Part shown: positions 1-13,078 of the stretch, one piece after another
Position numbering within the stretch: position 1 is the first letter of the stretch
How the letters are laid out: every line of letters begins with the position of its first letter
From: Lingula anatina
Lineage: Eukaryota; Animalia; Brachiopoda
NCBI GenBank assembly: GCA_051362555.1
Contig: CM120642.1
Span: 28,458,001 to 28,522,000, forward strand
Length of the DNA stretch: 64,000 bases
Direction: 5' to 3'
The notes under the pieces: model-generated
Databases searched by the model: none
Told to the model about the DNA's origin: nothing
Seen by the model: only the letters and a program-made list of their open reading frames with translations
Position numbers and translations under genes: made by a program

Positions 1-322
1 TAATAAATATGAGACGTGAACCCCAACTCTGAGTTTCACGGACATACCCATAGGATGCCTGATCATCAGGAAGTGTTTATGTATACAGTACAGTTAAGTG
101 TATATATATATACACTTTCACCTTAGAATGCAGGGATAAGTAAGAAAACTATGGCTTTACAAGTAAACCAATGCTCTACAAAACTGTAAAATACTTGACA
201 TATAGTTGACATAATGCATAATGGCATGTCAGGATTCCATTGAATACCGGTAAAAGCTTTTTTGAATTGAAAATTAGGATTATAAAACTTATAATTAAAA
301 AAAAATAAATCTTTTCTTTCAG

Positions 323-1151
323 GTAAGAAGATTGCTATGACTGCCCCAGTAATAAACCGCCTGATTCCTGGCCCAGGCCCAGCTTGTGAGAATAACTTCA
401 CCATGTCGTTCTTCATGTCACCTAAAATCGAGGACCCACCTAAGCCTAAAAATAAGGATGTTTTCCTCAGTACTTTGCCAGAACTGACTGCCTATGTCAG
501 GTAAGTCTGTCAAAATGAGGAGTATTATATATTCAAAGGAACCAAATTTTTAGTAAGAATTAAAATGTTGCTTTTTATTAAGTTGCCTCTTATAAATTAA
601 GTAAACAATATGTTAATTGAAGGGGACAAAGTAGTTGTTATATGAAGGAAGATTAGGATCCCTACATGATTTTGATATTTAAAATGGCAATGTTAGGGTG
701 TTTAAAGGAATGCATATAAATTGTAATCAGTTCAGTTTTCATTGTGTACTTCCCAACTGCAGTTTTTTTACCTGTTCCTTGAAAAAGCAGCCTATATTGT
801 CAATCAGTAATCCTTTTGGTAATTGTTGGAGTTTTGCCACATCAGATAAAACGATAAATCTGTATTTAATTCTTTTTTTCAAATTAATTATCAGTACTTG
901 TATAGCTGCCATACATGTTACAGATCTTATATGTAGATGGTCTTTGAATGAGCAACATTTTGAAATCCCTTTACAGTTCATTTGGAGGATTTGCCACAGA
1001 GACGGATGACATTCAAAAAGCAGCAAAGTTGGCTCAGATGTTAAAGGATGCTGGAGTTTCCTTCTACGAAGACTTCTACTACACTGCAGGTTATGACAGC
1101 CCGTTTAAACTTCTTAACCGCCACAATGAGGTGTGGTTTATTGGAAAGTAA
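323..1151 (+). CDS. SOUL/heme-binding (HEBP2-like) protein, paralog 1; last two exons only (323-500, 977-1151), 5' part upstream of the window
   Basis: GT-AG exons translate to KKIAMTAPVINRLIPGPGPACENNFTMSFF...DVFLSTLPELTAYVR and SFGGFA...FYYTAGYDSPFKLLNRHNEVWFIGK*. IAMTAPV and YDSP...RHNEVW are SOUL hallmarks. Confidence 0.9.
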
Positions 1152-4100
1152 TATTATAACATGCCAGTGCTGTAGGTTGGGTTGAGGAAAAAAAGATGGA
1201 GGGGGGGCAGCTGAGAAGCTGATGCTGTAGATCCACTATACAAGTACGCTATTTGCAGGCCTAACACTTGTGCATCTCATCTTGACCAGTCTGAAAGATA
1301 TTTAGGGACTTCTGATGGACCTTGAAAAAAGAAAAAGCTAACATTTCATGAAGATAAAATTTTCAAGTTTTTATTTATATTTATGAAGGAATAACCCCCC
1401 TCCCCTCCATCCCCTGCTGCCTGCAGCCCTGGGTGTGTGAACAGAGATAAGGGTAGGGGAAAAAGATTAGCCTCTCCCCTTCTATTCAATTAACCAGTGC
1501 TTATTGTATGCTGAGCCAAAGTTACATCTCATTTAGAAGATCTTTCAGAAATCTGCTGTCTTTCTCTTTACACTTAAAACTCTCTTGCTGCTTTTTGTAG
1601 TGTTAACATGAACTATACTGCCTTAAAGAGAGTTGTCTATAATAGATAAATTACATCATAAAACATTTTAAGATACAGTGTTGATTGCAGAATATCAGAT
1701 ATGTATTGAAGACTGCAGGGTAGTCTGGACACTCTTTGAATATTTTTATATGTGAACCTTCATTATAGGCATAGAATAGAAAGCATGGATATTTTGATAT
1801 TAACAAGGTTGTGATGCATTAATTCCAATTTATGTTCTTGTTATATCTTAATTTGAACTAATATTACTACTCTATAAGGGGGATTTTCTATTATTTACGT
1901 TTTATTTTACAAATTTATAAAAGAATAATTTCTCTGTTATCTGCCATCAAAATAGAAATTTCATGTGGCAAGCATAAGAACATGTCTCTTTCTTGATGTC
2001 ATACTGCAGGTCGCTTAAGTGCACAATCTGAATTTTGATTTTTAAGTGTTGAATAATTTTTATTAATACTTCATTTTGGTTGGGGGGGTATAGTAGGGTG
2101 ATATCTCTAACATCATGGGCCAGTGACTAAAGTTTGAGAGACGTAGCGCCACAAGTTTTAATTCGGAAGGGCATGCAGTGATGTGAAGCAATACATTGAT
2201 GATACTTCTAGTAAAAGCAGCATTGTCTCTATGCAACTGCTACGTGATGTCGATATACATCGAACTCTTGTGTTTAAGACTTGTGCAATGTTCCATACGA
2301 TGTGATAACGTCATGGGATTGCTTAACAAAATTTTGTGAATTATTTTTGTAGCATTATGGCACATTTTGAATTTACGTATTCTCTGTTAGAAAGGAGACG
2401 TACTCGGATCTTTATATGTATATATTATGCTGTCTTCGTTTAAATAAAAGGAATAGTTATCCATTTGTTTGTTCCAATTTTCTTATAATTCATAATGATA
2501 TCGTAATGATATTGTGTGAAAAAGTAAAAGCCACGTATTTAGGCGGGCAGTACAAACAAAGGCTTTATAAATATTAAGTTATCTGAGTATTACTTATTAA
2601 GTAGCTTTTATCGCGATTGGAATTTACCCTTTTCACTTTTGGTTGGATAAACAACGATAAAAACGGCCTATATTCTAAATTTTTTCCTTGAATTATGATT
2701 TGAAGAAACGTGAAGCAGCTTAAAAACAAAGGAAGTTTCTGGCCGAAATTGACCGATCATGAACCGTCGTGAAAAATCCAGTGGATAATATACATGTACC
2801 AAGCTGGTACTTTATTCTGATTACTACGGGTGAATTATTACCTCGTTTGAGAGAATTGCTCTCTATAACTATATATATAAATAATATCTGAACAATATGT
2901 GCAGCTGGCCTATATTGTTATTGATATTTTGTGATATTTTAAGCCTTTTCGAGCGTTTTTAAAGGTTTGTCACTATTTTACTGAAAATATCTCCTCAGAT
3001 TTTTGTAGTGCGGTACCCTGGGCTTCAGATGCTTGTCTGCTTCATTTTAAGGCTTTTGATAATAGGGCAAATGTGGGGATCTTAAAAGAAAAAAGCTAAT
3101 TCTGGTAGGCCTAGCTGTTCCGCATCAGATATAAAGCTCGAGCTATTATATAGATAGGCAACTACATATGTGAATGCGGACTAAAATGTAAACTGACTAT
3201 ATAAGGGCTTGTGTTCTTACAAAGGGAGATCAAGAAGTTAAGACGGATTTGTGGAAGATGGTGATGAGTTGACACCTGCCGTGGAGAGCTGGATAAGGGG
3301 TCAAAGTACTGCTCTGAGTGATCGGGTTTCAATGATTTATAAGTTGTACGGACAAGTTGTACTGTTTTAATTAAAGCTGGGATAACTTTTATATAAATTG
3401 TAGATAAACTTACATAATTTTAATATATTTAATTCAGATGTAGTGCGTGGCAGCTAGGTTGCATGTGACATGCAATCCTTTGTTTAATGTTATGGAAATT
3501 AACGAGTTAGGGTGCAAAAAGAGTATTATTATTATTGGTATTATTATTATTATACATACGGGGACAGATAGGTAACGGAGATTATTTCAAGAATTTTCTA
3601 CCAACAGGAATAAAACACGTAGCAGAACTTTGTAAATATTGGTCTCCATTATCGGTTTTCGTGGTGTGGGTGAAACAGATTATCGTTCGCAACCACGACC
3701 AGAGATTACTCCCCCCCCCCCCCCCACCTCCCCCGAGTTTTCGCTCATAAGGTGCAACTGTGTGCTTTGCTGGATCTCAGCACCCACTGCAGTCATCACG
3801 AAACATCCGACCTCTCATTAGATTTATCAAACCAACCACTTCTCCCATGATATAATATCCTGTGTGTATTTATCATGGGGGAAAACAAGGAATGGAATGA
3901 GTTTCTTGATCACAACCTCTGCGCCTAAAACAAAAATCTACACAGCCCGTTGTATGTGTAAGTGTAAACACACTTACTGGAACCAATCTTCGCCATCTCC
4001 TTAGCCAGAAATGACAAACAGATGTTTAAATCCGTTGTATAAGAGCTCATGTGCACACACACGTGAATTTAGACAGATCAAGTGGTGGGAAGGTTCCAAA

Positions 4101-4564
4101 AAGTAAAGGGTAAAACGGTTACTTTTTATTTAAGAAATTCTATCATTTAAGAAACATAAACTTATTTGTTTTTGTCAGAATAAAGTGCAAATTTTATAAT
4201 GAGTCCTTTACTTCAAATCTCCGCATAAACATCTTTCTCAATATTTTAAGTACATAAACCATTATTTAGAATCTCACCCCTCAATCCGCCTGCCGTTGGG
4301 TACTTAAACAAGTGCGCACGCGAAAAAGCGTGTGTAAAGAAGTTAGACAGAGAGAGAGAAACAGGTATGTGCAAAGTTTGGCCGGAGTGTTTTTGTCTGG
4401 TATTTTCTACCAAGATACTTATGTAGAAAGCGCTTATATGCTTGCACCGACTTAAATATTTTTCGATAGGTTTTATCTTGATCAAAAGTCGGCGTAAAAC
4501 GGTTGGGTTTTCATGGCCGATATTGTAGCGATTCTGATAAAGAGCAGCTCAGGGTATTTTTTCT

Positions 4565-4602
<38 letters not shown>

Positions 4603-4861
4603 GACAATAAATCGAGGTAGTAATTATTCATATACCATGAGCGACAAGAACCTGTCTTTCATGTATAATGGCGCACGTTTCTAGTTTATACAGGGGTTAT
4701 TCGAAGTGTTACAGGTTATTTTGACAAAGAGAAAAAAATACCTGAATTGGAAATGACCACAGACTTTGCTGTCTAGATTTTAAAAATAGATTGCAGAACG
4801 TAATCACGATCTCGAGCGGTTTCTTACAAATTGAACGTTTCTTCAGATCAGGACAGCGAAA

Positions 4862-6432
4862 ATGCAGATCATCCCTACACTCACGGTGTTGTTCTTGTCG
4901 GTAGCAGTGACCCAGGCAGGGATAGTAAACCGAATACTGCAGTACATTCCCTCCCTAGGGCTAGGTGGCGGCAATGAGCAGGAAGTCTCCTTCTGCAACG
5001 GGTACGACTGTCCCAAATTTGAGAAGTTGGAGAAACACGATGTGAGTATAGTCAAATGTGTTAGGTGTGACTTTATGGAACTATCTCCACAAACTATTAA
5101 GTTTGGGAAACTTTTGGGTAGATGTAATTATTTGTATCTTATTTATTTAAACAGGGCCATAAAAAGACGGTTCGTCTATAAAAGCATGTGTCTCTTTCTT
5201 ACCATATAATATTTGTTCTATTACAAGGTATACGAAGTGCGAAAATACGTTCCCACTACCTGGGTCGCTACAACAAAATCTGATTCTGGCTCCTCGACAT
5301 TCATGAAACTGTTCTATTATATCCAGGGAAGCAATGCTGAAAGTAAGTTGTTAAAGTATAAAATTTAAACTAACGGGGTTAAATATTTATTTTCTAAGAC
5401 GAACTTGTACTAATCTTCTGCATCAGTATAACGATAACGGATTTTTTCATCAAATATATTTCCCATAGTTCATTCATTACTCAGTGTATTTCAAATCTGC
5501 CAAAATTGTATTTCTAGTGCATACTTGTTTATTGCTTGTGTGTTGACGTCTCTAAAAATGGAGCCGTCAACTGTTTTTACCGAGAAAAGTTATGAAATTA
5601 ATTCCTCATACTTTTTCAGGTAAGAAAATCGCCATGACAGTTCCCGTGATTGGGAATGTAACTCATGGCGAGGGCAGGACAACAATGGGTTTCTATCTCC
5701 CTCCTAAAGTTGGCGTCCCACCTGCACCCACGGACGCCACCGTCTTCATCCGCAGGCTGCCTGAACTGACGGCTTATGTGATGTAAGTATATTGCGGTAC
5801 ATGTGACTATATAATGTAATAATGATTGTGTTAGTTGTGACAGTAAGAACATTGTAGGGTATGGTGTTACAATCCCCGTTTGCGGTTGGCGTACTTAAAT
5901 TATGCCACTAAACCGCCATACCTTCTTTTTCACAATAATTAATACAAACTAACAAACAATTTAAATGCGCCCCGAATCCTCAAGGTACAATTGGATGGTG
6001 CATGTGTTAATTTGGAATGTGGGAGATGGAATACCGTTCGAAGGAGACACTTGGCATCATGATTAATGTGATTCGCATTAGACTGAATATTCCTTTATTG
6101 TTTTAATTTAATTTGCAGTTATAAATGATATTTAAATTTAATATTTGATATATTTATCCCACGTGTAAAAAGTTCTGTATAATGCATATGCTTTTGGTGA
6201 CATATGTGCTTTTGGTGACATCAAAATTAACTGTGTGTATTTTTTTTTCATATCTAGTGAATTTGGTGGTTACGCGAATGCGGAAAAGAACGAAGCCAAA
6301 GCCAATGAGCTACGCACAGCACTTAACGAGGCGAACGTCCAGTATGAAAAAGACTATTACTTTACTGCAGGGTATGACAGCCCTATGAAGTTCTGGAACC
6401 GCCACAATGAAGTGTGGTTCATTGCTAAATAA
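4862..6432 (+). CDS. SOUL/heme-binding protein, paralog 2, with signal peptide; exons 4862-5041, 5228-5342, 5620-5782, 6258-6432
   Basis: Phase-consistent GT-AG splicing gives MQIIPTLTVLFLSVAVTQA...FCNGYDCPKF..VYEVRKY..FMKLFYYIQGSN..KIAMTVPV..YDSPMKFWNRHNEVWFIAK*. AATAAA follows at about 6531. Confidence 0.92.
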
Positions 6433-8503
6433 AGCACCAAATCATGTAGAATTATGTGTCTACTCTCTGTTGACTGACGTGTATGTACTGTATACAGCCT
6501 TAATTGTGATTCTGTCATTCAAAAAAAATTAATAAACAAATAAAATAAATGAAAATAACAAGAACTAAAGATGATATATGATTTTTCTTATTCAAAACAT
6601 TGGTAGGATTTCCACTGTAGGTGTGGCCAGGCTAGACCTGTCGCTGTTTATGTAACTGCTTGCTGGTCGAGACATCTATTTTTTATTAACAGTATTTTCT
6701 TCAAAATTATACTATTGAAAAATCGTACAATGATAATCATTTCAGTTATGGATGTACGTTTACGACGACGTGACATTTTGCTATTGATTATTTTCAGCGA
6801 AATAAAGGTGAATAAAAGTATATCATCTGTGTTTAAGGTCGTTCGGGCTTAGTATTTTGTTCCTTGTATATAAAATTTCTTAAGACTTTATAGCTTGACC
6901 TGTTCCTATCAAAACATTTATTTGTCTAGTGAAAAACAATAACATTCACTGAAATGTTAAACCCATGACCTGCTTATTTAATCTTAAGACAAAAAATAGT
7001 AAATATTTAAATAATAAGAACATTGCTGAAATTTTGGGCTGCAAAAATCCACATTATGAAATTTCCGGTTCAATCCTTGGTTAAATGTATAACCTGCTTA
7101 ATTTTGCAGATCCTGATTTTACCCCTATGCAATAAATTGGCACACTCACTCAACATGTAAACACTGTCAAGTACTGTGAAATAGATTTCACATCATTCAT
7201 TTGGGATCATTAATGTCAGTGTCGTTATTGGAAGGCCAGGCACTTATATGTTATACTCCATACTTCATTTTTATAAGAATTGGAGGCATACGGACTTCCA
7301 TGTCGCGTGATAATTTTCACATCTTCATACCGTTTTTGTGTGTATACGTTTAAAATACTGAGCCAGTTTTTACATCTGTTCATTGACAGTCACAATTATT
7401 ACCAACCCAGCCCAGGAGTTGGTTCTATGAATAAATAAAAGAATGAATGAATGTTTTATTAAACGAATGACTAGAAAAATTGTTAACCAAATACATTATT
7501 GTTATTTGCAAACTTAGCTTATCGCTGGATAAGCTGGTATCTGCATTTTCACCAAAAGTCCTTTTCAAACGTTTGAGAACTGCATTAGTTGTTTTTATAA
7601 CTTCAAATCTCAATGGTTCTTTTGTGTCTTCATAAGAATGCAACGCATTCTTTGAAACCCAAATTATTAGTTTAAGTTTCAGTCTGATTAAATGATATTT
7701 CACTTGGATAATGTTTCCAGTGTCACATTTAAATTTTCTACTTTTAAAACAAAGCAAAACAAAACAAAACTAAAAAATGTGCTTCCCTTGCGTTTACCTT
7801 ACGTGAGGTTAATATCTGCGAAATAAAAAAAATACACGTTAGGTTTTGAATTATTCAAAAATCATAAATGCTCTTGACTATTGAGTGCTTGAAAGTACAT
7901 TTGAATAAGAAATCAATATACATACCCATTGGCACATGGCCGTGAGTATAAATAGGCAGCATGGATTTAGACTTAAGATAACGGCAATAGGTTTTAGTTT
8001 TAGGTGCAACTGGCATCGAAGTACACGTGGAAAAACGGAAGGACAAACGTGCAGAAGTTCTACTACCAAAAGTAGAATACATGGTTAATTGCATGGGCGA
8101 TATTGGAATTTGAACTTACAGTGAACATTACCTTGACATCCTCCGGTCTATCAGGCACTCGATGAATACTGGATGGACATTTACAAATATGTAGATTAGT
8201 TTACTATGTAGAAAAAGTGCCTTAAGATGTGTACAGCACTTGGGTGTATGAGGCACTTCCTCTGTCAACCAAAATATGTTTAGACGTTACGAGTCGTTTT
8301 AACATTTCTGGAGGCAGTACCACGAGGAAGTACCATTCTATTCGACTTCTGAATATAGACAGGTATCAGTGGACGAACATTTTCTTCTTAACTTATCCTG
8401 TTTTATACGAGTTATTTTCCTTCTGGTAAGGGTATTTCTATCAAACCACTTCTATAATACAAGTCTTTAATTTTTTATTGTGTTGCCAAATTCTTAGTCA
8501 AGC

Positions 8504-9526
8504 ATGGCTGAAATCTACGCGGCGGAATGCTGGAACTACTTGGGGCCCTGCAATAGGATAGCAGTATACGTTTTCACGGCTTTGTCATCTCTCGGGAACG
8601 TATGTACCATAGCTGTGATTTTAGCCAGCCAAAGACTCAGGCGCAAGTCAACTTTTGTGTTTTTCCTGTTCCTGGCTATCGCTGACGTTTCTGTCATGGT
8701 ACAACTGACAACAGACTGCGCGCTATACGATACCGTTTATGTGGACAACTCCACTGGATTAAGATGCGTATTTGAAAACGTGCAATCATGGGTAGCTCAC
8801 AGCACTTTATATTTGTCATACATCATTATTGTTATGGTGACATTGGAACGCTTCTGCGTTGTATTTTTTCCTTTTCGTGGTCCCGAGGTTTTTGCCCACA
8901 AGCACGTGCTGTGGATGTGCGTAATGATTACTTTGGTCTGTTTTGGTTGTAATGTGTATCATCTCTGCCACACGGTGGCGTATTATGCGGATAGCCTGTG
9001 CGACTTTAGTCAAGCGCCGGGCGTATTTAGTGAAATACGCAATTATTCTACGTTCATTTTAGCTACAGGAGCTTGGATAGTGCTTCTCGTACTTTGCATA
9101 GCCATTGCCCTTCAACTGAAGCGAGCGACAAAAATGCAAAAGAAACTGACAAGATCAACTCGCAGATTAAGTTGCAAGTACAGAAAAACTCACTGTATGT
9201 TGCTGTGCAATGTCGTAGCTTTCCTTTTACTAGTTGGCCCTGTTCGAATAACGGACTTCTTAACAAGAATAATGTCGGATGTTCCTATTCCTTCAGCAGT
9301 CCGGGATTCGTTGTGGCTCCTGAGTAAAGTGAACCACTGTATCAACTTCGTCCTGTATGTTTGCAGCAGCACAGAGTTTCGAAGAGAGACGCTGAATTTA
9401 TTAAATCCGAAAAAACGCCGACGACATAGCCAGTTGAGCTGGAGCAATCAACCTGGTGCGACAACGATCTCGGGTTTAACAGCGGCCACTGTTTTGCATA
9501 CGAGGACAGCCGAGAATGAAGTATGA
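8504..9526 (+). CDS. Intronless class A (rhodopsin-like) 7TM GPCR, peptide-receptor-like
   Basis: 340-aa ORF with seven hydrophobic segments: GN in TM1, LAIAD in TM2, LERF (DRY variant) in TM3, NHCINFVLY (NPxxY variant) in TM7, then a helix-8-like EFR. Confidence 0.9.
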   Translation: MAEIYAAECWNYLGPCNRIAVYVFTALSSLGNVCTIAVILASQRLRRKSTFVFFLFLAIADVSVMVQLTTDCALYDTVYVDNSTGLRCVFENVQSWVAHSTLYLSYIIIVMVTLERFCVVFFPFRGPEVFAHKHVLWMCVMITLVCFGCNVYHLCHTVAYYADSLCDFSQAPGVFSEIRNYSTFILATGAWIVLLVLCIAIALQLKRATKMQKKLTRSTRRLSCKYRKTHCMLLCNVVAFLLLVGPVRITDFLTRIMSDVPIPSAVRDSLWLLSKVNHCINFVLYVCSSTEFRRETLNLLNPKKRRRHSQLSWSNQPGATTISGLTAATVLHTRTAENEV

Positions 9527-9600
9527 TGTGACAATGGTCTTCGGAGAGCCTTTCTCACGTTTGAATTACAAAGACAATTTAATTAAACTTGTTCTTAGTG

Positions 9601-9850
9601 CAGGGTCGCTGGCTGAAAAACATATGGGGATCGGGGTAGATGTTGAAGGCTTTCGATATACAATTTGGTCAACATGCAATGCAAGCAGGTTGTTGGCCAA
9701 CAGCTTCTTCTACTTATTTACACGCCGACTAAAGGAAAACCAAGAGACTTATAATGGATTGGGAGAAAGGAAAAAGGCTCACCGTTTTTTTTTTTCCAAA
9801 AAATTCTGGAGGGGAAGGGGGAACTCCCCCTCCCACAGCCTACGACCCTG
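9601..9850. mobile_element. Short MITE-like element with CAGGG termini
   Basis: Begins CAGGGTCG and ends CGACCCTG, which are inverted. No clear TSD. Confidence 0.45.
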
Positions 9851-10529
9851 TAGTAAAGATTTGTGACATTGTAACTAGGATCCATCCTAGATTTTAACAA
9901 CTATGACTGTGTAGTTCTTTGTATATTAATGCACAGACAATCATGCAGTCTTCATTTTGCACACCAACTATGAATAGAAGGCAGTAGTACTGCAGTTCCA
10001 GGTATGGTTGGACTTTATATCATTTAATATAGAGTAAAACTATTACATCTCAATTTTATCAAAGTCGCGATTTGTATGACAAGGTAAACTTGTATCTTTA
10101 ATTTCTATCTCTTCAAAGCGTTTTTCGTCGGTCTGTCATTTTTTAAAACATTAAATGTTTTAGAGACGTCAGTCCCAAATGCATATCTACTTCTTTAAAC
10201 CAAACGCATAATAATATTATTCATTAGATTATTATTTTATAATATTATTGTAAAATTTGACATAAAAATACATGTAACTTTAAACTAATATATGACTTCT
10301 CCTTGACATGAGATTGAAATCGTTGCAGGTATGTCCCAATATTTTGTGCAAGTTGAACACGACAAATTAAGAATATTACATATATAAAGAATGTTTTAAA
10401 ACAAGTCAAGGGCTAATCTTCTAAGCTTCAGAGTTTTTCAACCAAAAATTTTCCACTGATAAGTTTGTATATATATTTTTGCAAGGCTTGATGTGGTTCG
10501 GAATAGATCAAAGATGCACTGAAGTTTGT

Positions 10530-13078
10530 CTAGTGATTGTCAATTGCCCCACCACACTTTTTGATACGTTTGACGTAAGTCACCGACCTTTGCCGCGCTG
10601 TGAACAGCACCCGTGTCGTCGGCTGGTTCTCATTTGCGGGCACTTCGCTGCGGATATGGGTTACAAATTCACTATGTGCTCGGACGCATACGCCTTTCGC
10701 GCTATGAATCAGTACACTAAGGGCTGCCTGGTCGAAGCGATGGTTATTTTTGGAGGCACCCCTTGGGGAATTGCAGTCTTTGTTTAGGGCACACTTTACC
10801 CATAGAGTCAAAATGTGCCTGTGAGCTAGTCCGTCTTTGGTCCAACCGGTCAGACCCCCAGCGTAGGAAGGGTTTCCCCAAAATGCCTCTTTCTTCACGT
10901 GAAGAGCCTTATACATGCCATCCGCAATCAGCCGTGTCATATCGAAGTCCTGTCTTTGAACGAAAAAGTGACCGTCCTGTTCGAGAAGCTTTTCTATTTC
11001 ATTTAGTGGACCTCTGAATTCAGTCCCTGCGTCAATCCATAAAATCTTTCCATATTTTTCTAACGCTTTTTGTACGACCAAAGGTTTCCAAGCGAACTGG
11101 TGCAAGTCGGACACGTGCTTTGGGTATTCGCTGAAGTCGAATCGCTCGTAAGTGACTCTACACCAGGTTTTAACTTCAGTGACCTCATCAGGAGTTAAAC
11201 CCAGGTCGTACACCACAATCTTACGGTAGGGCTCCCAGAAGTGGATAGAGCCGATGAAATTTCTTAATCCTCGTTTGAAGTATCCGGTATTTGCCCCAGT
11301 GATGAGGGTAAAGTTCTTTCTTTTAATTAAATCTGAAACGGACATGTTTACATAAAGATTGAATAGCATATAATGATATGGTATGTATTGAATATGTAAA
11401 CGACTCACAACGCACTAAGGCCACACTTTTTTAATTTTATGGATGACATCCTCTGGGTACCCCAAAATCGGTGCGAGAGGGCGAAAAAAAAAACGGTCAA
11501 AAAAAAAAATATACTGCTTAAGTAAAGGAATGCTGTCAGTACACAGCTGGAAACACAAATTTTACCACAGAAACACGTATCAAACTAACAATATGTCTTT
11601 ATCCATGCTCTCAAAATATTAAAGCATTGTGAATACTTCGTAGAAATGTAAAAAAGTCATGAATAGATATACTTCTTATTACAAAATCTATTAAGGTTAT
11701 TTCATGCATTTTGTTGGTATAGCAATCAATAAAACAAATATCAAACAAACAGTGTCTTTATTTGTATTCTCAGAATATTAAAGCATTTTGAACACTATTA
11801 AAGGTCATTTCGGACGATGCGATTTTGTCTACTTCTACTCACACGACCAAACTGTCAGGTGGCCTGTCCGACCTTCAGCCCACCAAATACCTCGACGCCC
11901 TTGTCGACCCTTTTTTCGCTACAGAAAACCTGGTAGCCTATGTGCTGCTTTGTACAGAATGTCACTGAAATTTTTCGGGCGATAATCGCTGGCGGCCGAC
12001 AGCCTTTCGCACAATTGTAAAAAGGTGATATCTCCATGCCCAATATCAATGGCATACCAATCCAAAACGACGGCACCCGTTCTCTTTATGACTTTAATTG
12101 TCTTGTAATTTGAAGTAATCCTAGAGATGAATTTGACGGCAAAGCGACCACATTTCCACGTGGCGATAATACGCATGTGCAGAAAGCTCATTTCCTGGCA
12201 AATTCAATAACGACGTTTGCGACAACCGACTTCGTTGGGGGCTGGGGGGGGGGGGATTTTTTTTTTTTTTTTTCGGAGAACGGGCGAAAATCGGTGCGCG
12301 CGCAGGATGTCATCCATAAAAATAAAAAAGTGTGGCCTAATCGTCAATTTGTAATTCGAATTAAAGTTTATCTGTCTTGTTAAAATTTTGTCACTGTGAA
12401 ATGTAGGCCTACAGTTTATTGTATATGCTAGTTTTTTGTCATTATTGATATTGTTTTCTATACATGAAGTTGGTACTTGAATTTATGTCCATACGCTGAA
12501 GAAAGACTTCAGCAGCCTGTATTAAAATATGTGTATTACAGTCTGTTGAAGCGACAGGATATCACTCGAGCTTCACAAGTTGACTGAAAACGGCCTTTTT
12601 ATCAACAGAATTTCTTTGCTTTTTCATTAAAATAGCAAGCACATGCAAATGCCATACTGTACTGTACCTGGGTTGGTCTCCAATAGGATCCTTAATGGGA
12701 TTTTGGACAGAAAAAAATATAAATTCAACGATTTTCCCTATCAATGTATCGTACTTACAAGAATTACGATGATCTCAAAAACCCAATGACAATATTTTTG
12801 ATTTATATTTTTTAACATCTTCAACTACAGATAATGAGCCAAGAAATGTTTCCTTCAACGCAAGTTTGCGCCCATTTAAGATGCAATGCAACTGCCAAGA
12901 ATATAATTCTTCCTTTACGTAAGTCCGTTATTACGGACGAGAAACAACTAAACACACCTTTTGTAGCCGGCGATGATATGAAGTTATTGATACCAATCAT
13001 GCCGACGAACATGAGGCCGGTGATTAAGCTGCAGATGGCAATTTTTGGTAATACGCCCACCCGACGCTGTTGCAGCAT
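10530..13078 (-). CDS. DUF1647-type, GT-A-fold glycosyltransferase-like type II membrane protein; main exon 10530-11332, probable first exon about 12959-13078
   Basis: Motifs YDLGL, FDFSEYP, AWKPLVV, LWIDAG and HRFDQAAL match my recollection of DUF1647. Acceptor TTTCAG lies at 11333. The upstream ORF MLQQRRVGVLPKIAICSLITGLMFVGMIG has one TM segment. Linking of the 5' exon is uncertain. Confidence 0.72.
11419..12337. mobile_element. Non-autonomous TIR DNA transposon, 919 bp (Zator- or PIF/Harbinger-type: GG termini, TWA TSD), intronic
   Basis: About 34-bp TIR GGCCACACTTTTTT(A/T)ATTTTATGGATGACATCCT at both ends; TAA at 11416-11418 and 12338-12340. Confidence 0.88.

Noticed and set aside
3055-3470. 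Possible solo LTR between the SOUL genes
   Set aside because: Only compositional hints; no second copy, TSD or clear boundaries.
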